Positions 50,605-64,000 of a DNA stretch of 64,000 bases are shown here, piece after piece. Origin of the DNA: Mobula hypostoma. Taxonomy: Eukaryota. The stretch is from assembly GCF_963921235.1 (NCBI RefSeq), contig NC_086108.1, positions 50,656,001-50,720,000 on the forward strand. The letters are read 5' to 3'. Within the stretch, counting starts at the first letter, position 1, and every line of letters starts with the position of its first letter. Under the pieces are notes generated by a model. The model did no database searches and was not told where the DNA came from. It was given only the letters and a program-made list of their open reading frames with translations. Made by a program: the position numbers and the translations under genes.

Positions 50605-51385
50605 GGAGGCTAGTGCAGAAATTGCAGGGGCTCTAACTGAGGTATTTACAATATCCTTAACCATGGGAGACGTAGAGGATAGTTCATGTTGTTCTGTTGA
50701 CCAAGAAAGGTTCTAAGATAAAACCGTGAAATTATAGGCGGGTAATTTATTGGAAGTATTTTTTAAATCAGGCACAGGAAATATCAAGTATCTGGATAGA
50801 TAGTGCCTGATTAGGGATAGTCAACATGGCTTTGTGTGTGAGATCATGTCGAACTAATCTTATAGAGTTTTTTGAGGAAGTTACCAGGAAAGTTGATGAA
50901 GGAAAGGCAGTGGACTTTGTCTATATGAACATTAGCAAGGCCTTTGGTGTAGTCCTGCATGTTACAGGGAAGAGGTTCAGTGGGTTAGGACTTTATTCTC
51001 TGGAGCATAGGAGAATGAGTGGAGATTTGATTGAAGTATACAAAATTATGAAGGGTATAAATAGAGTAAATGTAAACAGCCTTTTTCTACTGAGGTTGTG
51101 TAAGACTTGAACTAGAGGTCATAGGTTAAGGGTGAAAGCTGAACTCTTTAAAGGGGAACTTCTTCTTTCAGAGTGTGGTGCAAGTGTGGAATGAGCTTCG
51201 AGCGGAAGTGGTGGATGCGGGTTTGATTGCAAAGTTTAAGAGAAATCAGGAGAAGTACACAAATGGGAGTGGTTATGGAGGGCCGTGGTCCAGTTACAGG
51301 CCAATGGGACTAGGCAGAATAATAGTTCAGCACAGACTAGATAGGCTGGTTTCGGTGGTCCAGTGCTCTACTACTCTATGACTCT
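50605..51385 (+). mobile_element. Degraded, internally deleted CR1
   Basis: TNLIEFFEEVT..VDEG joined directly to LGLYSLE...GDLIEVYK; WNEL. Confidence 0.85.
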
Positions 51386-52031
51386 GTGCTGTTGAATCAT
51401 TACTGGCTGTGGTGCGCATCAGAAATAGCTCAGCAGCTCTTGGTTGAGTGATAGCAGAATGATTAGCCACTGTCTTGTTGTGGAGACAGATGGTCCAGTT
51501 GCCTTTCAGAGTAATATGGCAATAGTATTCAGCAACAATCATGGCCCATAGATAGGAGATCAAGTCCATCAAATTCAACTGTTCAGATTGCACCGGGTCA
51601 GTCAGACTGAGAGAGTATGAAACAGTCATAGTACTGGGCAGTGAGGAGACCCAGGAGCCATTTATCTTTCAGTGTGCAGTGGATCAATGGACCAGTGGGC
51701 TTAAGAGGATTCAGGAAGGCTAGAACTCACTACTCTGGTGGACCAAAGTCACTGCAGTTGAAACAAAATGGTCATGGAAATGCAAGACTGATGGCTAACA
51801 CTCAGTGAGAAAATATATAACCAAAGACGAACGTGCATCCCTACCTGTTTCTATAAGGACAGGTTGGTGACAGCGGTGCAAAAGTCATGCATGGCATAAT
51901 TGAAGATGGAAATTGGTAACCTCCATCCGAAGACAAATGCCCATCAAATCATGTGGTGTCTGTCTGTGGAGAGAAAATACTGTTGATGTTACAAAATGCA
52001 GATAGTCCTAGCCAATCATGATTCTAAATAG

Positions 52032-52331
52032 TGTTACCTACTCCGTAACTGGGTTGTCAAACCAGCAGAAATGGAACTCTTGTTGGATTCTGTGATTACA
52101 AGGAACTAATAAACTTTTATTAAAGAAATAAGTAATACAGTACACTAACCACAAGGATACAAATGTAACAGGTTAGCAATGATAGTATACACATATACAC
52201 AGAAATAGGGTGATAGGAATCAACCAAGCTCTATCGCAGTCCAGGGGTAAAATGATCAGTCTTAAGGTGAAGCAGAGTTCAGTTCAGTCTAGTGCAGTTC
52301 GAAGTAATCGCTGTTGTTTTACCATTGGGGG

Positions 52332-52391
<60 letters not shown>

Positions 52392-52885
52392 TGGTTTCAG
52401 GAAAACCTTTCGATGCCTTCTGATCCAGCTGTGGTCACCGACTGTGACCCTCCCCATTCCAGATGCGATCGTTCTTCCGTGGTGAACCCTGCACCCAGGC
52501 AAGGGCGGACATACACCAGGTTCCCACCGATCGTACCTTTTCACCCTGTGAGCCTCTGACCGATTCCCATGACTCGGTCCTCCAAACTCCCACCAGCTTG
52601 TGGGGCATAATGCTCTTTCCAGGGTCTCATGGCGTGTGTCTCATGCCTTAGCAAAACCACTGTTTTTATCCCCCTGTTGGGGTATCACCTGTCCATCAAA
52701 CTACAAACAGTTCAGGTTCAAAGCAAACTTTCTGTGGCAGACGCCAACATCTGAATTATGTGTCTCTTTCTCATTAATCTCTCTCTTCTCTCTTATTAGC
52801 ATTTTGAATGGTTCTCCATTGTCTCTCGTTATCTCTCTCATTAGCATCATCCGTTCTGCATCTCTGCTTGGCTTCACACATGACA
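52032..52885 (-). mobile_element. Solo LTR related to the 44-49 kb element
   Basis: TGTTAC...TGACA termini, ATAG TSD on both sides, shared blocks such as CGTAACTGGGTTG.CAAACCAGCAGAAATGG; internal (GA)n at about 52333-52383. Confidence 0.92.
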
Positions 52886-53393
52886 ATAGTAAAAAGCATC
52901 CAAAATTGTTGAATGGATATTGAGATTAAACAGAAACAATGTGCCCAGAGAGAAGATAAGGATTTCTTTCTTGAGCTTACATTGGGGTTTGTCAGAACAG
53001 TGTAGGAGTTGCCAGATACAGAGAAGTGAGAGTGGGAGAAGAACAGAGAATTGAAGTGACCTATATTTCATTGTACATGCCCTTTTCCTATGTTTTCCCT
53101 TTCTACCTGCCTTCATTACTGTATCAACTATTCATCTTCATATACTAGACAACCATGGCCTCAACCTATCAGAGATATTCCATTTGCCCAATCTGCCCCT
53201 CCCTACTGAGTGTTTCTACTAAAGATTAATCAAGGCTGATGCAGTCACATTGACTGGAGACACAGCACACTGTGCCAATGGTAGAAGCAGTCAAGGAAAT
53301 GTCCAAATGTCAATAAGAAACACATTTACACATCAACTATATGACTCCACAGCATTTCATTTAAATAAGTGTCAGCCTGGCACATTCCACTCA

Positions 53394-55016
53394 TAGTGCT
53401 TATAGAAAGTATTCACCCCCCTGGATGTTCTTATGTTTTAATGTTTTACAACGTTGCATCACAGTGGATTTAATTTGGCTTTTTTGACACTGGTCAACAG
53501 AAAAAGACTCTTTCGTGTCAAAGTGAAAATAGATCTCTACAAAGTGATCTAAATTAATTACAAATATAAAACATAAAATAATTGATTGCATAAGTATTCA
53601 GCCCCTTTAATATGACATGCAAAATCATTACTAATGCAGTCAAGTGGTTTTAGAAGTCACATAATTAGTTAAATAGAGATCACCTGTGTGCAGTCAAGGT
53701 GTTTCAATTGACTGTAGTAAAAATACACCTGTACCTGGAAGGTCCAACTGTTGGTGAGTCAGTACCCCAGCAAAAACTACACCATGAAGACAAAAGAATA
53801 CTCCAAGCAACCTCGTAAAAAGGTTATTGAAAAACAGAAATCAGGAGATGGATACAAGGAAATTTCCAAGTCACTGAATATCCCTTGGAGTACAGTAAAG
53901 TCAGTCATCAAACAATGGGAAGAATATGGCGCAGTTGTAAATCTGCCTAGAGTGGATCAACCTCAAAAACTGAGTGACTGCAAAAAGGGGACGAGTGAAC
54001 ATGGCCACCAAGAGACCTATGACAACTCTGGAGGAGTTATAAGCTTCAGTGGATGAGATAGGAGAGACAGCATATACAACAACTGTTTTCCGGGTGCTTC
54101 ACCAGACGCAGCTTTACAGGAGAGTGGCAGAGAGAAAGCCACTGTTGAAAAAACTCACATGAAATCTTGGCTAGAGTTTGCCAGAAGGCATGTAGAGACT
54201 CTGAAGTCAGCTGGAAGAAGGTTCTATGGTCTGATGAAACAAAAATTGAGTTTTTTGGCCATCAGACTAAACATTATGTTTTGCATAAGCCAACCACTGC
54301 AAATCATCAAAAACACACCATCCCCGCTGTGCAGCGTGGTGGTGGCTGCATCATGCTGTGGGGATGCTTCACTACAGCAGTCCCTGGAAAGCTTGTGAAG
54401 GTGGAGGGTAAAATGAATGCAGCAAAACACAGGGAAATCATGAAGGAAAATCTGATGCAGTCTGCAAGAGAACCATGACTTGGGAGAGGATTTGTTTTCC
54501 AGCAAGACAATGATTCCAAGCATAAAGCCAAAGCTACACAGGAAGTGGCTTAAAAACACTGAAGTCAGAGTCCAGACTTCAATTCAATCAAAAATTTGTG
54601 GCTGGACTCGAAAAGTGCTGTTCACTCAAGATCCCCATGCAATCTGACAGTGCTTGAGCAGTTTTGTACAGAAGAATGGAGGAAAATTGCAGTGTCCAGA
54701 TGTATAAAGCTGATAGAGACCTATCCACACAGACTCAGGGCTGTAATTGCTGCCAAAGGAGCCTTTACTAAATACTGACTTGAAGGGGGTGAGTAATTGT
54801 GCAAACAATTATTTTGCGTTTTGTATTTGTAATTCATTTAGATCACTTTGTGGAGATCCATTTCACTTTGACATGAAAGTATCTTTTTCTGTTGATCAGT
54901 ATTTTTTTAAAAAGGCCAAATTAAATCCACTGTGATTCTATTTTGTAAAACAATAAAACATGAAAACTTCCAAGCTGTGGGAGTTGGGTGGGGTGTGAAT
55001 ATATTTTATAGGTAGT
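53394..55016 (+). mobile_element. Tc1-like transposon, IR/DR type, decayed
   Basis: ~220-bp TIRs with inner and outer AGTATTCA.CCCC repeats; transposase 53784-54778 is frameshifted (GDGYKEIS, WSDETK, GGGCIMLWGCF, QQDND, PDFNSIKNLW). Confidence 0.93.
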
Positions 55017-55709
55017 AACTGAGCCAAAGTTCAGGCATTTCAGAAGGGCCACAAAGACAGTTTGAGGATTTAATTGGGCAGCAAGAATACTCCATTTTTA
55101 GTTCGTGACAACTGTGGTTCAGTAGGAAACAATCTATTCTGAGGCTTCCTGGCTCAAATCCTGTACTAAAAAACTTGCTTGTAGATTCAGTAAGATACTG
55201 GGGGGAGGGCATTTCTGGCTGGAGGTGCTGTTTCTAATGGAAATTATATAAAGGCCACGTTATCTCTCTTTGGTGATCATAAAATATCCCATGGATATTT
55301 TACATGAGCTGAGGAAGATGGTGTGATCAAAACTTATCCCTCAGTGAATGTCACTAAACTACAGATGAATTGCTGATTTCAGATGTTTGCTTTGCAAAAG
55401 CGATTGCCACAATCTATCTTATGACGGTGGCTAACATTCAAGCAATGCTGTTTGTTCATTGAATTTTGTTTGACAAGGTGAGGAATTGTATGCCACCATG
55501 TAAGTACAAGCTCATGTAAAGAATATGGCTTCCATTCCTTTTACAGGCAACATCTTCCTCCATGTCTCATCACTGACCCAAATGACTGATCATCCATTGA
55601 CAATATCATCCCCTTTTCATTACTACCAGCAGGGAAGAGGTACATGAGCCTGAAGACACACACTCAACTTCTTCTCCTCCACCATCAGATATATGTATGG
55701 TCATACTTC

Positions 55710-56460
55710 TCTAATATTTTTCTAATCTCCACGTACTGAAGAATCTCTTAAAGACCCTATTGTATTTGCCTCTAACAGTCGATGGCAGTGCATTCCATGC
55801 ACCCACCACTGTCTGTGTGAAAAACTTATCTCTGACATCCCCCTTGTATCTACTTTCAAGCACCTTAAAATTATGCCCCCTCGTGTCATCCATTTCAGCC
55901 TTGGGATAAAAAGTCTCTGGCTATCCACACGATCAATGCCTGTCATCATCTTATACATCTTATACACCTCTATCAGGTCACCTCTCATCCTCCGTCACTC
56001 CAATGAGAAAGTGCCAAGTTCACTCGACCTATTCTCATAAGGCATGCTCTCCAATCCAGGCAACATCCTTGTAAATCTCCTCTGCACTCTCTCTATAATA
56101 TGCATATCCTTCTTGTAGTGAGGTGACCAGAACTGAACACAGTACTCGAAATGGCGTCTAACTAAGGTCTTGTATAGCTTTAACATTACCTCACGGCTCT
56201 TGAACTCAGTCCTATGGTTGATGAAGGCCATCACACCATATGCCTTCTTAACAACACTGTCAACCTGTGCAGCAGCTTTGTGTGTCTTATGGACACGAAC
56301 TCCAAGATCTCGCTGATCCTCCACAATGCCAAGAGTCTTACCATTAATATTATATTTTATCTTCAAATCTGACTTACCAAAATGAACCACTGAACACTTA
56401 ACTGGGTTATCTCCATCTGCCACTTCTCAACCTAGTTCTGCATCCTATTGATGTCTCTAC
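55710..56460 (-). mobile_element. CR1 3' fragment
   Basis: ORFs 55995-56423, 55722-55988 and 55711-55893 carry CR1 C-terminal motifs. Confidence 0.92.
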
Positions 56461-56461
56461 A

Positions 56462-56832
56462 CTCAACGTTTTGGCACGACTAGAGAAAAAAAGCTGAGGT
56501 TTAGATCCAAAAGGTGGGGGGCGGGGGAGAGAGAGGAACGCAAGGGGATAGGTAAAACCTAAAGGGAGAGGGATGAAGTAAAGACCTGGGAAGTAAATTG
56601 GTAAAAGAGCTTGAAAATGAATCTGGAATTCTTTCACTAATAAACTTCCCAGATCTTTACTTCATCCCTCCCATCCCAGTTTTACCTATCACCTTGCGTT
56701 TCTCTCTCCCTCTCCCCCGCCCCCATCTTTTCCATCTACTCCTCAGGCCTTTCTCCAGTCCTGCTGTAGGGTCTTGGCCCAAACGTTGACTGTACTTTTT
56801 CCCATAGGTGCTATCTGGCCTGCTGAATTCCT
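56462..56832. mobile_element. Pair of oppositely oriented short PLE 3' fragments
   Basis: 56462-56600 (minus) and 56635-56832 (plus) are mutual inverted homologues; mutated hammerhead at about 56756-56792. Confidence 0.7.
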
Positions 56833-57911
56833 CAATATTCCTCTTTTACACTATTTATTTAATTTTTTATTGTAGCTTACAGTCAATTTTTTATTGTTTT
56901 TCTCTGCACTGCTGCCATAAAACAACAAATTCTGCAACATATAGCAGTGATGATAAACCAGCTTCTGATTAACAACTGAGCCTGTCACAGAGATTATCTC
57001 AGGACAAATTCCTCACTTAAAGGAAATTGCTTCTTTCAATAAATCTTTGCCTGTCAGTTCTGGCTATTGCTTCTTCATGAAGAAACAGAAATGAGACTGA
57101 TATTGAAGATTTGTAGTAAAGAGAAACATTTGATGAAACTTCTACTTTCTTTAATATACTGTATGATGCAATGTTGCTTGTACACAATCCTTTATGCACA
57201 GTTCTTCCAACCATTCGCTAATAAAGACACTTCCCTTAAATATGCATTTACTCAAAATTTTACAAAACGATTCACTCATATCAACTCAGATATAAGTGAC
57301 CAAGTTCATTTAAGTATTGCCAGTTGCCACTCTCAAAATTCAACCAAGGAGTGAATATTTAGATGCTACATATGGATTCACTGTAATTGATAAGATACAT
57401 GAGGTCAGCAAAGACTTGATCAAGCAGCAACACAACGTATATTACTGTGTGATGCGGTAAAGAAATTCTCAATGTGATAACCAAACCAGGCAATCCCTTG
57501 CTAAACTGGCAAGACACTTTGCTGACGTCTTTAGAATGCACTTTCCAACTCATACCAAAACAAACATTTTTACAGTAGCATATTTGCACTAATTGGCAAA
57601 GAAGAGTGTCATCTACATATTGCGAGTGTTTAACTGAATCATCATTGGATAATGGGTCAGAAGTTTCTGCGTTTTAATATCTTAAGACGTAATCCTAAAT
57701 CTTACGGTTCCCATCACATTTTCAGCAACATTGTTCTGAAAGGATTCGGATAAGTTGACATTTCAATTAAGATAAATTAATAGAGGGCAACTGATAACAG
57801 AAAATGCTCAGGTGAGCATTTGGAGTGATGCTAAAAATATAAAGAAACAGACATTTACTGCTTTTCATCTTCAGCTACATTACTATGAAAAAAGAAACAA
57901 TTCAAAGGTTA

Positions 57912-59136
57912 AATAGACAATAGGTGCAGGAGTAGGCCATTCGGCCCTTTGAGCCAGCACCGCCATTCACTGTGATCATGGCTAATCATCCATAATCAGT
58001 ACCCTGTTCCTGTCTTCTCCCCATATCCCTTGACTCCACTATCTTTAAGAGCTCTATCTAACTCTTTTTTGAAAGAATCCAGAGAATTGGCCTCCACTGC
58101 CTTCTGAGGCAGAGCATTCCACAGATCTATAACCCTCCGTGTGAAAAAGTTTTTCCTCAACTCCGTTCTAAATGGTCTACCTGTAATTCTTAAACTGTGG
58201 CCTCTGGTTCTGGTCTCCCCCAACATCGGGAACATGTTTCCTGCCTCTAGCGTGTCCAACCCCTTAATAATCCTATGTTTCAATCAGATCCCCTCTCATC
58301 CTTCTAAATTCCAGTGTATACAAGCCCAGTTGCTCCAATCTTTCAACATATGACATTCCCGCCATCCCTGGAATTAACTCAGTGAACCTACGCTGCACTC
58401 CCTCAATAGCAAGAATGTCCTTCCTCAAATTTGGAGACCAAAACTGCACACAATACTCCAGGTGGGGTCTCACCAGGGCCTGGTATAACTGCAAAAGGAC
58501 CTCTTTGCTCCTATACTCAACTCCCCTTGTTATGAAGGCCAACATGCCATTAGCTTTCTTCACTGCCTGCTGTACCTGTATGTTTACTTTCAGTGACTGA
58601 TGAACAAGGACACCCAGATCTCATTGTACTTCCCCTTTTCCTAACTTGACACCATTCAGATAGTAATCTGCCTTCCTGTTCTTGCCACCAAAGTGGATAA
58701 CCTCATATTTATCCACATAAAACTGCATCTGCCCACTCACCCAACCTGTCCAAGTCACCCTGCGTTCTCATAACATCCTCCTCACATTTCATACTGCCAC
58801 CCAGCTTTGTGTCATCTGCAAATTTGCTAATGTTACTTTTAGTCCCTTCATCTAAATCATTAATGTATATTGTAAATAGCTGCGGTCCCAGCACCGAGCC
58901 TTGCGGTACCCCACTAGTCACTGCCTGCCATTCTGAAAAGGATTCATTAATCCCTACTCTTTGTTTCCTGTCTGCCAAACAATTTTCTATCCATGTCAGT
59001 ACCCTACCCCCAATATCATGTGCTTTAATTTTGCCCACTAACCTCCTATGTGGGACCTTATCAAAGGCTTTCTGAAAGTCCAGGTACATTACATCCACTG
59101 GCTTTCCCATGTCCATTTTCATAGCTACATCCTCAA
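57912..59136 (-). mobile_element. CR1 RT to 3' end
   Basis: ORFs 58709-59161 (YLDFQKAFDKVPH, PQGSVLGP, KFADDTK), 58273-58563 and 57996-58283. Confidence 0.95.
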
Positions 59137-59992
59137 AAAATGGCAACAAAGTAAATGGCACGTGGATAAAATTTTATATTATCTTCTGATTTCGTTGAAG
59201 TTGTGTAAAGTTCATCATGGCTGGAACTGTGTGTGTCAATTCCCGTGCCTTTCTTCCAGGCCTTTCATTTAGATGCAAAACCTGGTGATAAGGGTAATGT
59301 TTCTTGCTTTATGTTAGGTGTTTCTCAGGGGCTGAAGAATAGAGTGGCCGGCACAAGCTAAACAGGTAAATGAGACGAAAACTAATCTACGTGTTGACAT
59401 AATTCCAGATGCTCAACATAGATTTTACAAACCTGTCCCAGGTATCTGTGTACTTTTGGACTCTATTGTGCAGGTGGTTACACAAACCACAACAAAGTAT
59501 AGTCTATCTTCGGCAACAAAGGAGTCTAAATTGAGCACAATAAAGACTTGCTGTAGCTGACAGCTGCTCTCTTATATCGGAGTTATTAGCATCACATCAA
59601 AGAGCCACTCCTTACACAGGAACTTCCATAAAGACGTCAAGAAATAAGATTAAAAATAAGGGATTGTCATTACGTTTATGGTACTTTATCATTTCACGAT
59701 AACTGTGCTTCAGTGAGATAACGCAGGCCATGTTGTTTAAACAATAACTTGGTGCAGAATAAAGTGCTACAGTTATAGAAAAAGTGCAATGGAGGGAGAC
59801 AATGAAATGTAAGGTTATATGATGTAAGGAGTCCATCATGTATTACCAGGGAACCATTCAATGGGAGAGGAGTGAAGAGATAATGGGTGGGGTCTTTGAT
59901 TACGCTGGCTGCCTTACCAAGACAATCTTGGTAAAAAGCAATCTTGGGTTACAGAGTTCTTCTTAGACAGCCCCTTGGGATTAAGGATGACT

Positions 59993-60592
59993 CAGACATC
60001 CCACCCTGCAAAAACTCATTTCAGGGAGGTAGCACCATCAATTTGCGGGAGACTCCCGGAACTTCCGGGAGAGGTGGGATGTCTGCAATAGAGTAGCTCC
60101 TTAGCAGCCAGCCAGCTAGTTTAAATAACGTTAGCTATGCTAATGAATGAATGACACCTGTTAAACTCACCCAAAAATGTCTTTTACAGTCTTAACCCAC
60201 CATGGGCAATAGAAAAGTCACTGTTGCAAACAGCGCAGTGAGCAACGCTGTCATTATTTTTGACCCCTGTCAGGCAGGGGTACACTTTAGTGTAGTCTGG
60301 GGTGACGTACGTTTTATATTTTCTTTTTTTGGAGCACTCTGCCATGGTGTGCTTGCTCGTGCTCTCGCTTGCTTTCTCTCTCGCTCGTGCGCTCTTGCTT
60401 GCTCGCTCTCGCTCTCTCTTGCATGCTCTCTCTCTCTCTCATGGTCACTCTCGCGCTCTCTCTTGCTTTCTCTTGCTCGCTTGCTCTCAAACAAATTGAT
60501 TTCCAGGATATCGTATATAATTTGCAGGCATCAGGGAGCCACTATTAATATGCAGGAGACTCCCGGGACTTCCGGAAGAGGTGAGATGTCTG
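59993..60592. mobile_element. MITE-like non-autonomous DNA transposon, copy 2 (inverted relative to copy 1)
   Basis: CAGACATCCCACC ... GGTGAGATGTCTG termini; perfect 6-bp TSD ATGACT. Confidence 0.9.
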
Positions 60593-61204
60593 ATGACTCT
60601 TCAACAGATGGAGCAGGAGGTACCTGATGGGATAGGTACTGAGATGCTTTGGGATGTTGTGTTTCATCCACTTTTTATGTTGGGCTCCTTTGTGCCCTGA
60701 AGCATTGCCTTGAGATTTTCAATGCTCCCTCTCCAGTATAAATAGTCATAGGACTAGATTTCCCTGGAGCCGGTGGAGAGGTTGCATTTTATCCAACGGG
60801 GCTTTAAGAACATTTTTGAACCTTGTCCTCTATTCATCTTATTAGGCATTCTTATTAGGTCCTTTATTGGTCAGAGTGTCAAAGGTTATGGGGCGAAGGC
60901 AGAAGAAAAAAGTTGAGAGGGATGGTAAATCAGCCATGGTGGGTTGATTGGCCTAATTCTGCTCCTAAGCCTTATGGTTTGATCCTCTTCCTGTGACAAA
61001 GCTTCCCAGTAAATACTGCACCCCATGTTCTGAGTCTGGTTGGGAATGCAATATGGCCTACCCAATGGAAAAAAAAACCTGGGTACAATAAGATCATTAG
61101 ATCACAGTATACAAAAATAATTTGGGAAGTTTTATCCTTTAGAGTTTTTATCTATTCTCATCAAGCCTGGTGAACGCATATTTTTGCTCACACAGCCCTT
61201 ACAC

Positions 61205-62085
61205 ATTCATAGTTACAGAGCAAGGAAACAGTTCCTTCAGCTCAACTGGTCCATGCCAACCAAAATGACCCATGCAAGCCAATCCTATTTGCCAGTATTT
61301 GGCCCGTAACCTTCTAAATCTTTCCAATCCATGTAACTGTCCACATATCTTTCAAAAGTTGTTAGTGCTCCTGCCTCAACTTCTTATGGCAGCTCATTCC
61401 ATATAGATACCACTTTTTGTGTGGAAAAAGTTGCCCTCAAGTTCTTCTTAAATCTTTCCCCCCTCACCTCAAACCCATAAACTGTAGTTCTTGATTCCCA
61501 GACTCTGAGAAAAAGACTGAGTGCATTCATCATTCTTCTGTGCCCCTCATGATAGCAACTCTAAGCGATCACCTCTCAGTTTTCTATGCTCTAAGGAGCA
61601 AAGTTCTAGCCTATCCAACCACTGCCAATAATTCAACCGCTCACGTTCTGGCAACATTCTTGCAAATATTTTCTCTGCTCTTCCCAGTTTAAAACCTTTC
61701 CTATAGCAGTGCAACCAAAGCTCAACACAATACTTATCAAAGGCCCTACTAGTCCATATAAATCCACTGCCCTGCCCTCATCAACCTTCTTAGTCACTTT
61801 ATCAGAAAAAACTCAAACAAGTTCCCAAGTCATGAAAACCCATGCATTAGGCCATGCTAACTATCCTTATTCAAACCTGGTCTTTTCAGATGTACGTACA
61901 GTATATCTTATGCCTCAGAATCTTCTCCAGTAACCGCAGATGTTAGACTTACTAGTCTATAGTTCCCAGTTTATTTTTTTGCTGTCCTTCTTAAATAAAG
62001 GCACAATATTCGCTACTCTCCAGTCTTCTGGCACCTCATCTGTGGCCAAAAACGATGCAATATCTCTGCCAGGGCTTCCACAGTT
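61205..62085 (-). mobile_element. Old internally deleted CR1
   Basis: Reverse complement shows a degraded NYRLVSLTS, an EGRAVDL segment and a CR1-type 3' UTR. Confidence 0.75.
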
Positions 62086-62087
62086 CT

Positions 62088-63348
62088 ACGGAAAAGGATC
62101 TTGGTGATTATTGGGATGACTTACAGTGGATTGAAAAACTTGATCTTATAGACATTAAGAAAGAGGATGTGCTGGAGCTTTTTGGAAAGCATGAAATTGG
62201 ATAAGTCTCCGGGACTGGATGAGATGTACCCCAGGCAACTGTGGGAGGTGAGGGAGGAGATTGCTGAGCCTCTGGCGATGATCTTTGCATCATCAATGGA
62301 GACGGGAAACATCCTGGAGGATTGGAGGGTTGCAAAAGTTGTTCCCTTATTCAAGAAAGGGAGTAGGGTTAGCCCAGGAAATTGTAGACCACTGGGTCTT
62401 ACTTAAGTGGTTGGTAAGTTGATGGAAAAGCTCTTGAGAGGAAGGATTTATGAACATTTGGAGAGGCATAATATGATTAGGAATAGTCAGCATGGCTTTG
62501 GCAAAGGCAGGTCGAGCCTGATTGAATTTTTTTGAGGATGTTACTAAACATGTTGATGAAGGTAGCGCAGTAGATGTAGTATATATGGATTTCAGCAAGG
62601 CATTTGATAAGGTACCCCATGCAATGCTTATTGAGAAAGTAAGGAGGCATGGGATCCAAGGGGACATTGCTTTGTGGATCCAGAACTGGCTTGCCCAGAG
62701 AAGTCAAAGAGTGGTTGTAGACGGGTCATATTCTGCATGGAGGTCGGTGACCAGTGGTGTGCCTCAGGGATCTGTTTTGGGACCCCCTTCACTTCATGAT
62801 TTTTATAAATGATCTGGATGAGGAAGTGGAGGGATGGTTTAGTAAATTTGCTGATGACAGAAAGGTTGGGGATGTTGTGGACAGTGTGGAGGGCTGTCAG
62901 AGGTTACAGCGGGACTTCAATAGGATGCAAAACTGGGCTGAGAAGTGGCAGATTGAGTTCAACCCAGAAAAGTGTGAGGTGGTTCATTTTGGTAGGTCAA
63001 GTATGATGGCAGAATATAGTATTAATGGTAAGACTCTTGGCAGTGTGGAGGATCAGAGGGATCTTGGGGTCCGAGTCCATAGGACACTCAAAGCTGCTAC
63101 GCAGGTTGACTTTGTGGTTAAGAAGGCATACGATGCATTGGCTACCATCAACCATGGGATTGAGTTTAAGAGCCAAGAGGTAATGTTACAGCTATATGGG
63201 ACCCTGGTCAGACCCCACTTGGAGAACTGTGCTCAGTTCTGGTCGCCTCACTACAGGAAGGATGTGGAAACTATAGAAAGGGTGCAGAGGAGATTTACAA
63301 GGTTGTTGCCTGGATTGGGGAGCATGCCTTATGAGAATAGGTTGAACG
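62088..63348 (+). mobile_element. CR1 RT region, same subfamily as 1-1585, 3'-truncated
   Basis: 62170-63345 is colinear and highly similar to 1-1175; ORFs 62167-62406, 62522-62812 and 62754-63353. Confidence 0.94.
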
Positions 63349-63529
63349 AATAGGTTGCAGGGTGACAAAACGTGGCAGAAGCCCTTGGAATTTTCCTTAA
63401 TCTTCTCTGCCAGAAGTATCTCATACTCCCCTTTTGCCCTCCTGACTTCCTCCTCCTTTATCCCTTCTACTACTCCAGAGATTTATTTTAACCCAGCTGC
63501 CTGTGTCTAACCCATACCTTCTTTTTCTT

Positions 63530-64000
63530 GCAACACACACAAAATGCTGGAGGAACTCAGCAGGTCAGGCAGCAGCTGCAGAAAAAAGTTCAGTCAACAT
63601 TTCAGGCTGAAACCCTTCAAGAGGACTGGAAAGAAAGAGCTGAGGAGTAGAGTTAAAAGGTGGGGGGAGGGGAGAGAGATAAACAAGGTGATAGGTGCAA
63701 CCTGACGATGGGGGGACGGAGTAAAGAGCTGGGGAGCTGAAGGTGAAAGAGACAAGGTCATGGAAGAAAGAAATGGGGGGAGGAGCACCACAGTGAGTTG
63801 ATGGGCAGGGAAGGAGATAACGTGAGAGAGGGAAATGGTGCACCAGAAGTTCGAGAAATCGATGTTCATGTCATCAAGCTGGAGGCTACCCAGATGGAAT
63901 ATAAGGTGTTGTTTCATCACGGCTGTGGAGGAGGCCATGGATAGACATAAAGAACGAGAATGGGAGGTGGAATTAGAATGGGTGGCCACAGGGAGATCTC
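63530..64000 (-). mobile_element. PLE 3' fragment; continues beyond the window
   Basis: ORF 63594-63989 (ATH.NSTSH, QHLIFHLGSLQLDDMNIDFSNF); mutated hammerhead at about 63591-63628. Confidence 0.88.

Noticed and set aside
62170..63345. Long direct repeat of 1-1175 suggesting a 62-kb duplication
   Set aside because: Both are copies of an abundant CR1 subfamily, and the flanks are unrelated.

Overview
Eukaryotic, repeat-dense intronic or intergenic DNA. The repeat mix suggests a cartilaginous fish such as a ray (inference). No intact host gene is recognisable, and almost all listed ORFs are pieces of transposable elements: many CR1 LINE fragments, Rex1/Babar-type LINE fragments, Neptune-type Penelope-like elements (PLEs) with minimal hammerhead ribozyme motifs, V-SINE and other SINE copies, a 5.1-kb internally deleted Gmr1-like SCAN-bearing Gypsy LTR element plus a related solo LTR, a decayed Tc1, an internally deleted Chapaev3-like transposon, and two copies of a MITE with 6-bp target duplications. 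Most notable: the hammerhead-bearing PLE ends and their inverted arrangements; an old inverted local duplication (28.9-29.5 kb vs 51.8-53.2 kb) that preserves the empty site of the solo LTR; a ~680-bp retroposon without a tRNA head in three copies; and one exon-like segment with a single in-frame TGA. I see no clearly new biological system. Fragment boundaries are approximate unless target duplications are given, and all family calls come from motif recognition, not database searches.
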